Shown here in pieces: positions 1 to 7,784 of a stretch of 32,000 nucleotides of DNA. The stretch comes from Coprobacillaceae bacterium (GTDB lineage: Bacteria > Bacillota_I > Bacilli_A > Erysipelotrichales > Coprobacillaceae). The notes under the pieces were generated by a model, which did no database searches, was not told the origin of the DNA, and worked only from the letters and a program-made list of their open reading frames with translations. The first letter of the stretch is position 1; every line of letters begins with the position of its first letter. The position numbers and the translations under genes were made by a program. The DNA is taken from positions 1,350,001 to 1,382,000 of the forward strand of contig OY776328.1 in assembly GCA_963675515.1 (NCBI GenBank), given 5' to 3'.

Positions 1-372
1 GTTTTGCTGCCCCTCCCGGGGCTGGTCCAGTTCGCGGAAAGGCTGGAGTTCAACAGCGACGAAGTCAAAGAGTATTTGCGCACCGAGCTTTTCAAGTGCG
101 ATCTTGAAAACTGCGACACCATCGTGCTTGGCTGCACCCACTTCCCTTATTTCAAGGACACCATCAAGGAGCTGGTGCCCGGAACCATCGGAATCATTGA
201 CGGCAGCCTGGGGACCGCGCGAAACCTCAAGGCGATAATGGAGCAAAACAAGGACTTGTCCAAAGGCGACCATACAATCACCTTCTACAATTCCGGAGAA
301 AAGGTAAGCGGGGATGAACTGCCCAAATTCAAGAAACTGTTCGCCAGGCTTGAAATGCTTGAAAAGATCTAA
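1..372 (+). CDS. murI: Glutamate racemase, C-terminal part (5' end lies outside the window)
   Basis: Reading frame is open from base 1. The translation contains 'IVLGCTHFPYF', the second catalytic-Cys motif of Asp/Glu racemases, followed by a MurI-like C-terminus. Stop at 370-372. Confidence 0.85.
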   Translation, partial: VLLPLPGLVQFAERLEFNSDEVKEYLRTELFKCDLENCDTIVLGCTHFPYFKDTIKELVPGTIGIIDGSLGTARNLKAIMEQNKDLSKGDHTITFYNSGEKVSGDELPKFKKLFARLEMLEKI

Positions 373-443
373 GCAGTTTGGGATTATTAAAAAGGCGGAG
401 TTTCTTTAAATACTGATCAACAGCGCCATTGAAGCGCAAACTA

Positions 444-471
444 AAACAGGCTGGATAATTCAGCCTGTTTT
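444..471. terminator. Bidirectional rho-independent terminator between convergent murI and the yjzC-like ORF
   Basis: Perfect 11-bp stem AAAACAGGCTG (444-454) / CAGCCTGTTTT (461-471) with a 6-nt loop. A/T runs on both sides would give a U-tail on either strand. Confidence 0.7.
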
Positions 472-476
472 AGCGT

Positions 477-644
477 TTATTTGTGTTCCCACTTGTTGCC
501 ATGTTTAGACGTAGGCGGTAAGCGGTCACCCTTGTCGATGTGTACAACACGGGGTTTGTCTAGTTTGCCACCACGAGGTCCTGTTTCAACCCATTCACCA
601 GGTTCAACATTATCAGTACCAGGAGTCGCTAGATTTCTTTTCAT
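477..644 (-). CDS. YjzC-like small protein (55 aa), absent from the supplied ORF track because it is under 60 aa
   Basis: Manual translation of the minus strand gives MKRNLATPGTDNVEPGEWVETGPRGGKLDKPRVVHIDKGDRLPPTSKHGNKWEHK*. A strong SD AAAGGAGG (complement of 651-660) lies 6-7 nt upstream of the ATG (642-644). The composition and 'PG.Y/W.E.G..G...' pattern match the Bacillus YjzC family as I remember it. Confidence 0.65.
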   Translation of the reverse strand: MKRNLATPGTDNVEPGEWVETGPRGGKLDKPRVVHIDKGDRLPPTSKHGNKWEHK

Positions 645-1038
645 AAAGATGACCTCCTTTTTATGGTCCTTTTATCTACTTTCATTATACACCTAAATAT
701 AAAAAAAGCTCATAAAAAGAGAGTATTTTCAAAACTATGAAAATGTTTTTCACATTATGTATAACATGTTTTTTGTAAATGCAATAATTATTTTAATGGG
801 TTTCATCAGTAAAATAACTATGATAAGTATCTTTAACAAGACAATGTGATTGCCCATATGGCAAGGATCTGGCTCTTGCAATGACCCCCTTGAATCATGT
901 TTTTGAATGTCTTCTGGTTTAATATCCAGGGCTAAAGAGTCCGGATTTTGGATTTTTTTCAAAATATAAAATTATGGCATATCGTGTTTGGATTCGGTTA
1001 TAATCACCATAAGTTAAACAAATCAAAGGAGCTTTGGC

Positions 1039-1740
1039 ATGGATTTCAAGATAGATCTGACCCTAAACAAAAACAATTACCCACGGAAGGTTTTCTTCTG
1101 CATTTTTGGCCTGTTCATCTCGGCCTTTGGGATGAGCTTGCTGATAAAATCGGCCCTGGGGCAAAGCACGGTTTCAGCCCTGGCATACAACATTTCCATG
1201 GTTTCTAACATCAAGACCGGGACTATAGTCGCCTATGTGAACTACCTTTGTTTGATCGGCCAGGTCATCCTGCTTAAAAGGGATTTCAGACCATTCCAGC
1301 TCTTGCAGCTGGCGATAACCTTCCTTTTTGGAGTGATGGTGAATTTCTTTCTCTATGATTTTCCATTCACCACCAATTTGACATTGCCTGGCTACCCGCT
1401 CCAGGCGGTTGCCTTCCTGGTTGGAATTGTCATCATGTCCTTCGGGGTGGCTTTTGTCTTCGTTGCCGATTTTGTCTTTTTGCCTTTCGAGGGATTCTGC
1501 AAGCTGCTTGCCAGCCATTTCAGCCTGCCCTTTGGCAAGCTGCGAGTGGGGATCGACTCGTCATTGGTTGTCATCTCGCTGGTACTCATATACATCCAAA
1601 ACCTGCCCAACACCTCGATCAGGGAAGGGACCATTCTCTACGCCCTGGCCTTTGGCTTTTTGATCAACTTTTTTACAACCAATCTCAACAAGCTCAAGAT
1701 CTTCCAGCAACTCAATCTAAGCAAAAGCAGCCAACCGTAA
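1039..1740 (+). CDS. YczE/YitT-type integral membrane protein
   Basis: 233 aa with about 6 hydrophobic helices. The N-terminus 'RKVFFCIFGLFISAFGMSLLIKSALGQSTVSALAYNIS' resembles YczE/DUF6198-type membrane proteins. SD AAAGGAG lies 6 nt upstream of the ATG. Confidence 0.55.
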   Translation: MDFKIDLTLNKNNYPRKVFFCIFGLFISAFGMSLLIKSALGQSTVSALAYNISMVSNIKTGTIVAYVNYLCLIGQVILLKRDFRPFQLLQLAITFLFGVMVNFFLYDFPFTTNLTLPGYPLQAVAFLVGIVIMSFGVAFVFVADFVFLPFEGFCKLLASHFSLPFGKLRVGIDSSLVVISLVLIYIQNLPNTSIREGTILYALAFGFLINFFTTNLNKLKIFQQLNLSKSSQP

Positions 1741-1757
1741 GGAAAGCTGCTTTTATC

Positions 1758-2654
1758 TTATTTGGCAATTGTCCAATAACCTTTGTTGCTATTGCTGTAA
1801 GTGGCATAAGGATTGTTCTCATTGATGGCTGTGAGCAAAGCATAGTCAGAACCGTCAGCGGAAACGTTAATGTTTGATATGGCACCTTGGTAGCCGGCAT
1901 CTTTGTCGTGGTGGGTGTAGTAGACTCCCTCAATGTATATCAGACTGGTCTGAACGTCGCCACCAGTCTTGTTGTCGCTGGTATAAGCGGCAAAATAGAC
2001 ATGGTCGGTGTCGGCTGAAACTATCGGGACCCACCAAAGATTTTCGCTGGATTTAATCAGGGCTTTTTCCGTTTCTGTTACATCCTGGTATTCTCCATTG
2101 GCCAGAACGAACTCCCTTAAATTCTTGGTAGTATTGTTGTTGACTACCAGCTCATCCTTGTTGGCTTGGTATTGCTGGCTGATGCTTGAAAAATCGAAAT
2201 ATGTAGCGGCCGGTGCTTCACTGTCGAAGATGACAACCTGCTTGTTGACCTTGATCAGGGCGACCTTGGCTTTCCCGTCGAGGGCGGTGAAGTCGAACAG
2301 GAACGAGTTGGCTGGCACATCTTCATCCTTGTAGATGTCGGCTTCGCTGTAATACGCGAGGGTGTTAAGGTTCAGTTCGCTTTTTAGCTGGTCATTGACC
2401 TGGGTGATGATGGCCTCATTGACCGATTCATCCTGGTATGTCAATGACGGACTGGCCAGATTGTTGTCAATGGCATAGCGGGCCTGTTCTACCTGGAGAA
2501 CCGAATAGATGCTCTGGGCCTGCTGGATGTATTTGGCATTGAGCGCATCTGAAACGTAGCTTAAAACAACTGGGAAAGACAGCGCCGCAAGGATCGCCAT
2601 GATCAGGATGACAACGATTATTTCCACCAGGGTGAAACCTCTAATATTTTTCAT
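1758..2654 (-). CDS. Prepilin-type N-terminal cleavage/methylation domain protein (type IV pilin/pseudopilin-like, 298 aa)
   Basis: N-terminus MKNIRG|FTLVEIIVVILIMAILAAL is a class III signal: G-F cleavage site, Glu at +5 and a hydrophobic helix. SD AAGGGAG lies upstream. The C-terminal ~260 aa have no motif I recognise. Confidence 0.8.
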   Translation of the reverse strand: MKNIRGFTLVEIIVVILIMAILAALSFPVVLSYVSDALNAKYIQQAQSIYSVLQVEQARYAIDNNLASPSLTYQDESVNEAIITQVNDQLKSELNLNTLAYYSEADIYKDEDVPANSFLFDFTALDGKAKVALIKVNKQVVIFDSEAPAATYFDFSSISQQYQANKDELVVNNNTTKNLREFVLANGEYQDVTETEKALIKSSENLWWVPIVSADTDHVYFAAYTSDNKTGGDVQTSLIYIEGVYYTHHDKDAGYQGAISNINVSADGSDYALLTAINENNPYATYSNSNKGYWTIAK

Positions 2655-2691
2655 ATAATCAGCTCCCTTTGACTATAATTATACAGGCGTT

Positions 2692-2968
2692 GAGTGAAAT
2701 ACACAACAATTTCGTTACATTGGCAACAAAAAAAAGAGTGATGACTCCTTTTTGTTTAATTTGATTGTTTCTCGTGGTGAAGACCGCTGTTTCTTTTGAG
2801 CATTGCTACCTCGTCTGGTGTCTTGGCAGGGTCGAAATCGGTTGTCCCTTCATCGTAGGCTGTCTCGTAGAACCAGCATTTATACAATATCGCATTGTAT
2901 GTCCTTTCCATCTGGGCCATCTGGGCTTCCATCTGGGCTTTCTGGCGTCGAAACATGTCCCGTCTTTC
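2692..2968. repeat. 277-bp direct repeat, copy 1 (identical to 4992-5268), left flank of the IS1634-family element
   Basis: Position-by-position comparison at a 2300-bp offset found no mismatch across 277 bp. Identity breaks at 2691/4991 and at 2969/5269. Confidence 0.95.
2756..2968 (-). pseudogene. Duplicated 3' fragment of the merR-family gene (C-terminal 70 codons only)
   Basis: Identical to 5056-5268. The track ORF 2756-2956 translates to the same C-terminal 66 aa as the intact gene at 5056-5508. There is no HTH-encoding 5' part. Confidence 0.85.
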
Positions 2969-3102
2969 GGACGTTTTACACTTGCTATACTATACATAAT
3001 CGATAACGCCCTAAGGTAGGCGCTTTTTTTGTCAAATTTTATCAAATTTATATTCGTACTATTGGGTACTATATGGTATAATATACATGAGGTGATATTC
3101 CC

Positions 3103-4917
3103 ATGGCTAAACGCATAAAAATTTCCAAGTCAAAGAACTCTGAATCGTTTTCTGTTATTGACGACTTTACCGATCCTAAAACTAAAAAACGATCGACTTT
3201 TGTTGTCGAACGTCTCGGTTCTCTGGATTCACTATTGAAAAAATACGATACCGACTCTCGCGATGTCGTAATTGAAAGCCTTAATCTCTATGTTTCTAAG
3301 CTACGCGATCAGGATAAGGAAAACAAAGCTTTAATCCCCATCCAATTATCCCCGTCCAAGCTAATTCCTTTAGACGAAGAAAGATTGTTCAATCTAGGCT
3401 ATCTATATCCTAAAAATATAATTTCATCACTTGGAATAAAAGATATCTGTAATAAAATCCAGAATGATCGGAAGTTCAAGTTTGATCTCTATCGGATTGT
3501 TTGTGATTTGGTTTGCACCCGCATAATATACCCAGGGTCTAAACGTTCCTCTTTCAGGGATGCCCATCACTTTTTTGATGCTCCGCAATATCAGCTGGAG
3601 GACGTGTATCGATCTTTACCAATTTTAGCGGAAGAGAGATATTTTTTTGAAAGTGAATTATACAAGAACAGCACCAATATCATGGAAAGAAACAACAGTA
3701 TTCTATACTATGATTGCACCAACTTCTATTTTGAAGTTGAAGAAGAAGACGATTATAAAAAATACGGGAAAAGTAAGGAAAACCGGCCAAACCCCATTGT
3801 TCAATACGGCTTATTTATGGATGCGGATGGGATCCCGATTGCGGACATCACTTTTGAAGGCAATAAGAACGAACAATTTTCCTTAAGAGAGCTAGAGCAG
3901 CAGATTGAAAAAGACTTCGAGTTCAGCAAGTTTATTGTGTGTGCTGATGCCGGACTTAATGGTTGGGAAAAAAAGATCTATAACGACCGAAAAGCTCATG
4001 GCGCTTATATAGTTACCCAGCCGGTAAAAAAATTGAATAAAACTTTGAAGAAATGGGCCACAGACCCCAAAGGATGGAAAATCATTGGTCAGCCGGGATT
4101 ATTCGATATAAGCAAGCTCGATGACACTATAATAATAGATGGCAAAGAACACAATATTAGAGATGTGGTGTTCTACAAGGATAGATGGGTAAAGACAACC
4201 AAAAAATCAGAACAAACCGAAGACAAATACACCCTGGAAGAACACTTGATTGTTTCGTTCAGCTACAAATTCAAACAATATCAAAGCCATATCCGGGAAA
4301 AGAAATTGGAAAGAGCGCGGAAGCTATTGAAAAATCCCGGGAAAATTAAAACCAGTAATCCACGGGATCCAAAATATTATATCAAGAAGATAGAGGCAAC
4401 AGAAAATGGCGAAGTAGCCGATAAGACATATTATTCAATTGACGAAAGCAAGGTTGAGGAGGATGCCAAATACGACGGATTTTATGCGGTCACAACCGAC
4501 TTGACGGATGATAATATGTCCTTAATCATTAGCGCGAATAAGCGCCGTTGGGAGATAGAAGAGAGCTTCGAAATAATGAAGAGCGAACTTAAAACCAGAC
4601 CAATCTATGTATCAAGAAAAGACGCAATCAATGGTCACCTGCTTATCTGCTTCATGGCGTTACTGGTATATCGAATATTGGAAAAAGAATATTTGAAAAA
4701 CAAATATACATGCAGCGAAATCATAGAGACGCTGAGAAAATTAAACGTTACCCATGTAGGTGGAAACAACTATATTCCATCATTCAAACGAACGTTGGCA
4801 ATTGATAAATTGGGCGAAGTATTTGGCTTTCAACCATCGAGAGAAATATTGACGCAAAAATATTTAAAAAAATTCATACAAGTAGCAAATTCAAGAAATA
4901 GTACGAAAATGAAATAG
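3103..4917 (+). CDS. IS1634-family DDE transposase (604 aa)
   Basis: DDE-type blocks 'ILYYDCTNFYFE', 'FIVCADAGLNG' and the IS4-like Y-R-E-K signature 'NKRRWEIEESFEIMKSELK'. N-terminus and length are typical of IS1634-group transposases. SD GAGGTGA (3089-3095). Extended -10 TGGTATAAT at 3074-3082. Confidence 0.8.
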   Translation: MAKRIKISKSKNSESFSVIDDFTDPKTKKRSTFVVERLGSLDSLLKKYDTDSRDVVIESLNLYVSKLRDQDKENKALIPIQLSPSKLIPLDEERLFNLGYLYPKNIISSLGIKDICNKIQNDRKFKFDLYRIVCDLVCTRIIYPGSKRSSFRDAHHFFDAPQYQLEDVYRSLPILAEERYFFESELYKNSTNIMERNNSILYYDCTNFYFEVEEEDDYKKYGKSKENRPNPIVQYGLFMDADGIPIADITFEGNKNEQFSLRELEQQIEKDFEFSKFIVCADAGLNGWEKKIYNDRKAHGAYIVTQPVKKLNKTLKKWATDPKGWKIIGQPGLFDISKLDDTIIIDGKEHNIRDVVFYKDRWVKTTKKSEQTEDKYTLEEHLIVSFSYKFKQYQSHIREKKLERARKLLKNPGKIKTSNPRDPKYYIKKIEATENGEVADKTYYSIDESKVEEDAKYDGFYAVTTDLTDDNMSLIISANKRRWEIEESFEIMKSELKTRPIYVSRKDAINGHLLICFMALLVYRILEKEYLKNKYTCSEIIETLRKLNVTHVGGNNYIPSFKRTLAIDKLGEVFGFQPSREILTQKYLKKFIQVANSRNSTKMK

Positions 4918-4921
4918 CAAA

Positions 4922-4965
4922 AAAACAGGCAGAAATCCCTTATTTATAGGGACTTTTGCCTGTTT
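4922..4965 (+). terminator. Stem-loop terminator inside the right end of the IS, downstream of the transposase
   Basis: AAAACAGGCA...TGCCTGTTTT outer stem with an inner AATCCCT/AGGGACTT helix, followed by a T-run (4962-4965). Confidence 0.6.
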
Positions 4966-4991
4966 TCATGTATTGCAACTGTAAAACGAGA

Positions 4992-5268
4992 GAGTGAAAT
5001 ACACAACAATTTCGTTACATTGGCAACAAAAAAAAGAGTGATGACTCCTTTTTGTTTAATTTGATTGTTTCTCGTGGTGAAGACCGCTGTTTCTTTTGAG
5101 CATTGCTACCTCGTCTGGTGTCTTGGCAGGGTCGAAATCGGTTGTCCCTTCATCGTAGGCTGTCTCGTAGAACCAGCATTTATACAATATCGCATTGTAT
5201 GTCCTTTCCATCTGGGCCATCTGGGCTTCCATCTGGGCTTTCTGGCGTCGAAACATGTCCCGTCTTTC
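4992..5268. repeat. 277-bp direct repeat, copy 2 (right flank of the IS1634-family element)
   Basis: Identical to 2692-2968. Contains the merR 3' end (5056-5268) plus 64 bp downstream of it. Confidence 0.95.
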
Positions 5269-5508
5269 CTCGATGGTATCATCGCCCATCAGCGTCCAGT
5301 CGACAAACTGCTTGATGTCCTTGATTGAAAGTCCCGATGACTTGAGGCATTGAACAAGACGCAGCAGGCTCAAGTCGTCCTGGTTGAAGGTCCTGATGCC
5401 ACTGGGAGTGCGGTTGACCAAAGGCAACAATCCTTCCTTGTCGTAGTAACGCAGTGTTGACGGGTTGATATCTAAAATTTTCGCTACTTCTCCGATTGAA
5501 TATTCCAT
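5056..5508 (-). CDS. MerR-family transcriptional regulator (150 aa)
   Basis: N-terminal HTH 'YSIGEVAKILDINPSTLRYYDKEGLLP' plus a coiled-coil dimerisation helix. I place the start at ATG 5506-5508, preceded by GGAGGA (complement of 5513-5518), rather than at the track start 5550. Confidence 0.85.
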   Translation of the reverse strand: MEYSIGEVAKILDINPSTLRYYDKEGLLPLVNRTPSGIRTFNQDDLSLLRLVQCLKSSGLSIKDIKQFVDWTLMGDDTIEERRDMFRRQKAQMEAQMAQMERTYNAILYKCWFYETAYDEGTTDFDPAKTPDEVAMLKRNSGLHHEKQSN

Positions 5509-5991
5509 ATTGTCCTCCAAACTTAAAGTTAACTTTAATGTATCTGCCATTTATTTTACCATTTCCAGCACCAATGTCAAGAACGGAATAGTCAAGTAAG
5601 TTGTACTAAAACTGATCTGTATCCTCAAAATCAAGATGTCACTTCGATCTTGGATTGGCATGTCGTTAACATTGCCAAGGGTGCAGGTTGCAATATTGTC
5701 AACGGGTGGTAATCAATATTGCCAAAGGAAACCGGAGCATTTTTTTACAACAGTCACAAGCAATTTTGGCACAGTCATGAAAATCATTGTTCTGCCTTGA
5801 ATTTTGGCAGATCGCCATGTCGGACCAGTTTTTTAATCGAAAAAGGAAGTAAAGTTCAATATTTCACAAGCACATGTGGAAATAGTGAACTTTATCTCCT
5901 TAACGGCCTGAAAGCATTTTAATGGGATGGAAATATGTTATCATTTGTTTGCCAGGGAGGTTAACCCTGAATAAAACACGGAGGGACAACA

Positions 5992-6063
5992 ATGGAGTTT
6001 AAAAGCATCATGCACGTTTCATTCTTCACTGACCAGATGGATGTAATGCGTGATTTTTATTAA
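5992..6063 (+). pseudogene. 23-codon N-terminal remnant of a VOC/glyoxalase-family gene, cut off by the IS200/IS605 left end
   Basis: MEFKSIMHVSFFTDQMDVMRDFY* follows the beta1-alpha1 pattern of VOC proteins ('H..f.v.D.d.....FY'). SD GGAGGGA (5980-5986). The frame ends exactly where the IS left-end sequence begins. No continuation is present after the IS right end. Confidence 0.45.
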
Positions 6064-6229
6064 CTGGTCGAGAACACTCGCGACTTTAGTCGTGGAGATG
6101 AATCGACTTTTTTGTGACTCTTTTCAACTGTGTTCTATTGGCTACATATATTGTTAAAGTTATGGACTAAAAGTGCTTTAAAGCTGTAATTTTTTGCAAC
6201 CATATGTTAAAATGTATATGAGGTGATAA

Positions 6230-6634
6230 ATGATGGCTGATATTAATTACGGACGTGGTTACGTCTATTCGATTCAATACCATCTGGTATGGTGTGTGAA
6301 ATACCGTCAAGATATTCTGACTGGTCAAGTTGGTGATGATGTTAAGAAATTGTTGACTAAGATTGCAGCTGATAATGACATAAATATCGTTGAAATGGAA
6401 TCGGATAAGGACCATATCCACTTGCTTATCGATTGCAAGCCCCAACACCATATTCCCAGTACGGTAAAAGCATTCAAAGGGTTATCTGCAAGATTCCTCT
6501 TCAAGCAACATCCTGAGCTCAAGAGTCGTCTTTGGAAAGGTCATTTGTGGAATCCTAGCTACTTTGTTGCTACCGTCAGTGATAATACTCAAAAGCAGAT
6601 AATAGAGTATATAAAAACTCAGAAGAAGAAATAA
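6230..6634 (+). CDS. tnpA: IS200/IS605 Y1 (HUH) single-strand DNA transposase TnpA
   Basis: 'YHLVWCVKYR', HUH motif 'DHIHLLI' and a C-terminal catalytic Tyr in 'IIEYIKTQ'. SD AGGTGA at 6221-6226. The second ATG (6233) has the better spacing. Confidence 0.9.
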   Translation: MMADINYGRGYVYSIQYHLVWCVKYRQDILTGQVGDDVKKLLTKIAADNDINIVEMESDKDHIHLLIDCKPQHHIPSTVKAFKGLSARFLFKQHPELKSRLWKGHLWNPSYFVATVSDNTQKQIIEYIKTQKKK

Positions 6635-6635
6635 G

Positions 6636-7784
6636 GTGATGATGATGTTGCACCATAAGGCATACAAGTTCAGGATCTACCCTGATAGGGAACAGGAGAT
6701 GTTGATCTCTAAAACAATAGGGTGTGCACGTTTTGTCTACAATCATTTCCTGGATCTTTGGAATGAGACATATGCGAGTACCGGTAAAGGTCTGAGCTAC
6801 AATTCCTGCTCCGCCATGTTACCGCAAATGAAACGGGATGATAATACGGAATGGCTAAAGGAAGTAGACAGCATCGCCCTCCAATCATCGGTGAAGAATC
6901 TTTCCGATTCTTTTTCAAGGTTCTTCACTAAGCAAAACAGCCACCCGCGATACAAGAGCAAGAAGAATCCGGTTCAAAGCTACACGACCAAGAATGTGAA
7001 CAACAGTATTGCCGTAATCGGCAAATCAATCAAGCTGCCTAAGCTAGGTATGGTAAGGTTCGCCAAGAGCCGGGAGATCAAGGGAAGGATAATTAAGGCG
7101 ACCATCCGGAAAAATCCCAGTGGCAAATACTTCATTTCTGTTGTCGTTGAAGAAAAGATCGAACAATTGCCCAAAACGAATTCGATTATCGGTATTGACC
7201 TTGGCATCCGTGACTTCGCGACATTTTCAAATGGCAGAAAAGTCGCAAACCATAAATTCACCAGCCAGATGGAAAAGAAACTAATCCGCGAACAGAAAAA
7301 GCTGTCCAGACGGGCTCTCCTTGCCAAAAGCAAAGGAATCAATCTTCTTGAAGCAAAGAACTACCAGAAACAAAGACGCAAAGTAGCATTGCTTCATGAA
7401 AAGATAATGAACCAACGCAATGACTTTTTGAACAAGTTGACAACCCAGATCATCAAAAACCACGATGTCATCTGTGTCGAAAACCTGAACACAAAAGGAA
7501 TGTTGCGTAATCATAGACTGGCTAAAAGCATATCTGATGTTTCCTGGGCATCATTTGTGGATAAGCTCATCTACAAGGCTGAATGGTATGGCAGAGAAAT
7601 CATCAAGGTGGACCGCTGGTATGAGTCCAGCCAGATATGCAATAAATGTGGCCACAAGGATGGCAAGAAACCACTCCACATCAGGGAATGGACTTGTCCT
7701 AATTGTGGCAGTACCAATGACCGGGACATAAATGCAAGCAAGAACATCCTGAAAGAAGGACTGCGCATAATAGCATCAACATAA
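6636..7784 (+). CDS. tnpB: TnpB (IS605 OrfB) RNA-guided endonuclease
   Basis: 'KAYKFRIYP' N-terminus. RuvC triad candidates 'IGIDLGIRD', 'ICVENLN' and 'NDRDINASKNI'. Zn-finger 'CNKCGH...CPNCG'. The start is ambiguous among GTG 6636 and ATGs at 6639, 6642 and 6645. Confidence 0.9.
   Translation: MMMMLHHKAYKFRIYPDREQEMLISKTIGCARFVYNHFLDLWNETYASTGKGLSYNSCSAMLPQMKRDDNTEWLKEVDSIALQSSVKNLSDSFSRFFTKQNSHPRYKSKKNPVQSYTTKNVNNSIAVIGKSIKLPKLGMVRFAKSREIKGRIIKATIRKNPSGKYFISVVVEEKIEQLPKTNSIIGIDLGIRDFATFSNGRKVANHKFTSQMEKKLIREQKKLSRRALLAKSKGINLLEAKNYQKQRRKVALLHEKIMNQRNDFLNKLTTQIIKNHDVICVENLNTKGMLRNHRLAKSISDVSWASFVDKLIYKAEWYGREIIKVDRWYESSQICNKCGHKDGKKPLHIREWTCPNCGSTNDRDINASKNILKEGLRIIAST

Larger units (their letters stand above)
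2969..4991 (+). mobile_element. IS1634-family (IS4-related) insertion sequence, about 2.0 kb
   Basis: Imperfect terminal inverted repeats CGTTTTACACTTGCTATAC (2972-2990) and the reverse complement of 4970-4988 (CGTTTTACAGTTGCAATAC), 17/19 identical. Single 604-aa DDE transposase ORF. Flanked by the 277-bp direct repeat. The outermost 3 nt on each side are ambiguous. Confidence 0.75.

Noticed and set aside
481-696. 71-aa plus-strand ORF from the track
   Set aside because: It lies antisense to the YjzC-like gene, which has an SD, ATG, stop and terminator. The plus-strand ORF starts with TTG, has no RBS and translates to low-complexity sequence.
750-962. 70-aa minus-strand ORF, and the 86-aa ORF at 948-1208
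   Set aside because: There is no RBS and no recognisable motifs. 948-1208 overlaps the YczE-type gene out of frame. The region is more likely the promoter/leader of the membrane-protein gene.
444-4965. Shared AAAACAGGC core in the terminators at 444-471 and 4922-4965, as a possible repeat family
   Set aside because: Only about 9-10 nt are shared, and the loops and contexts differ. This is most likely coincidence between A/T-flanked GC stems.
5555-5584. VLDIGAGNGK methyltransferase motif I on the minus strand, as a gene
   Set aside because: The frame opens only 7 codons upstream and then runs out of frame through the merR start region. This is at most a relic, not a callable CDS.
5719-5922. 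67-aa plus-strand ORF between merR and the VOC remnant
   Set aside because: It has a TTG start, no SD and no family resemblance. I treat it as part of the debris region.
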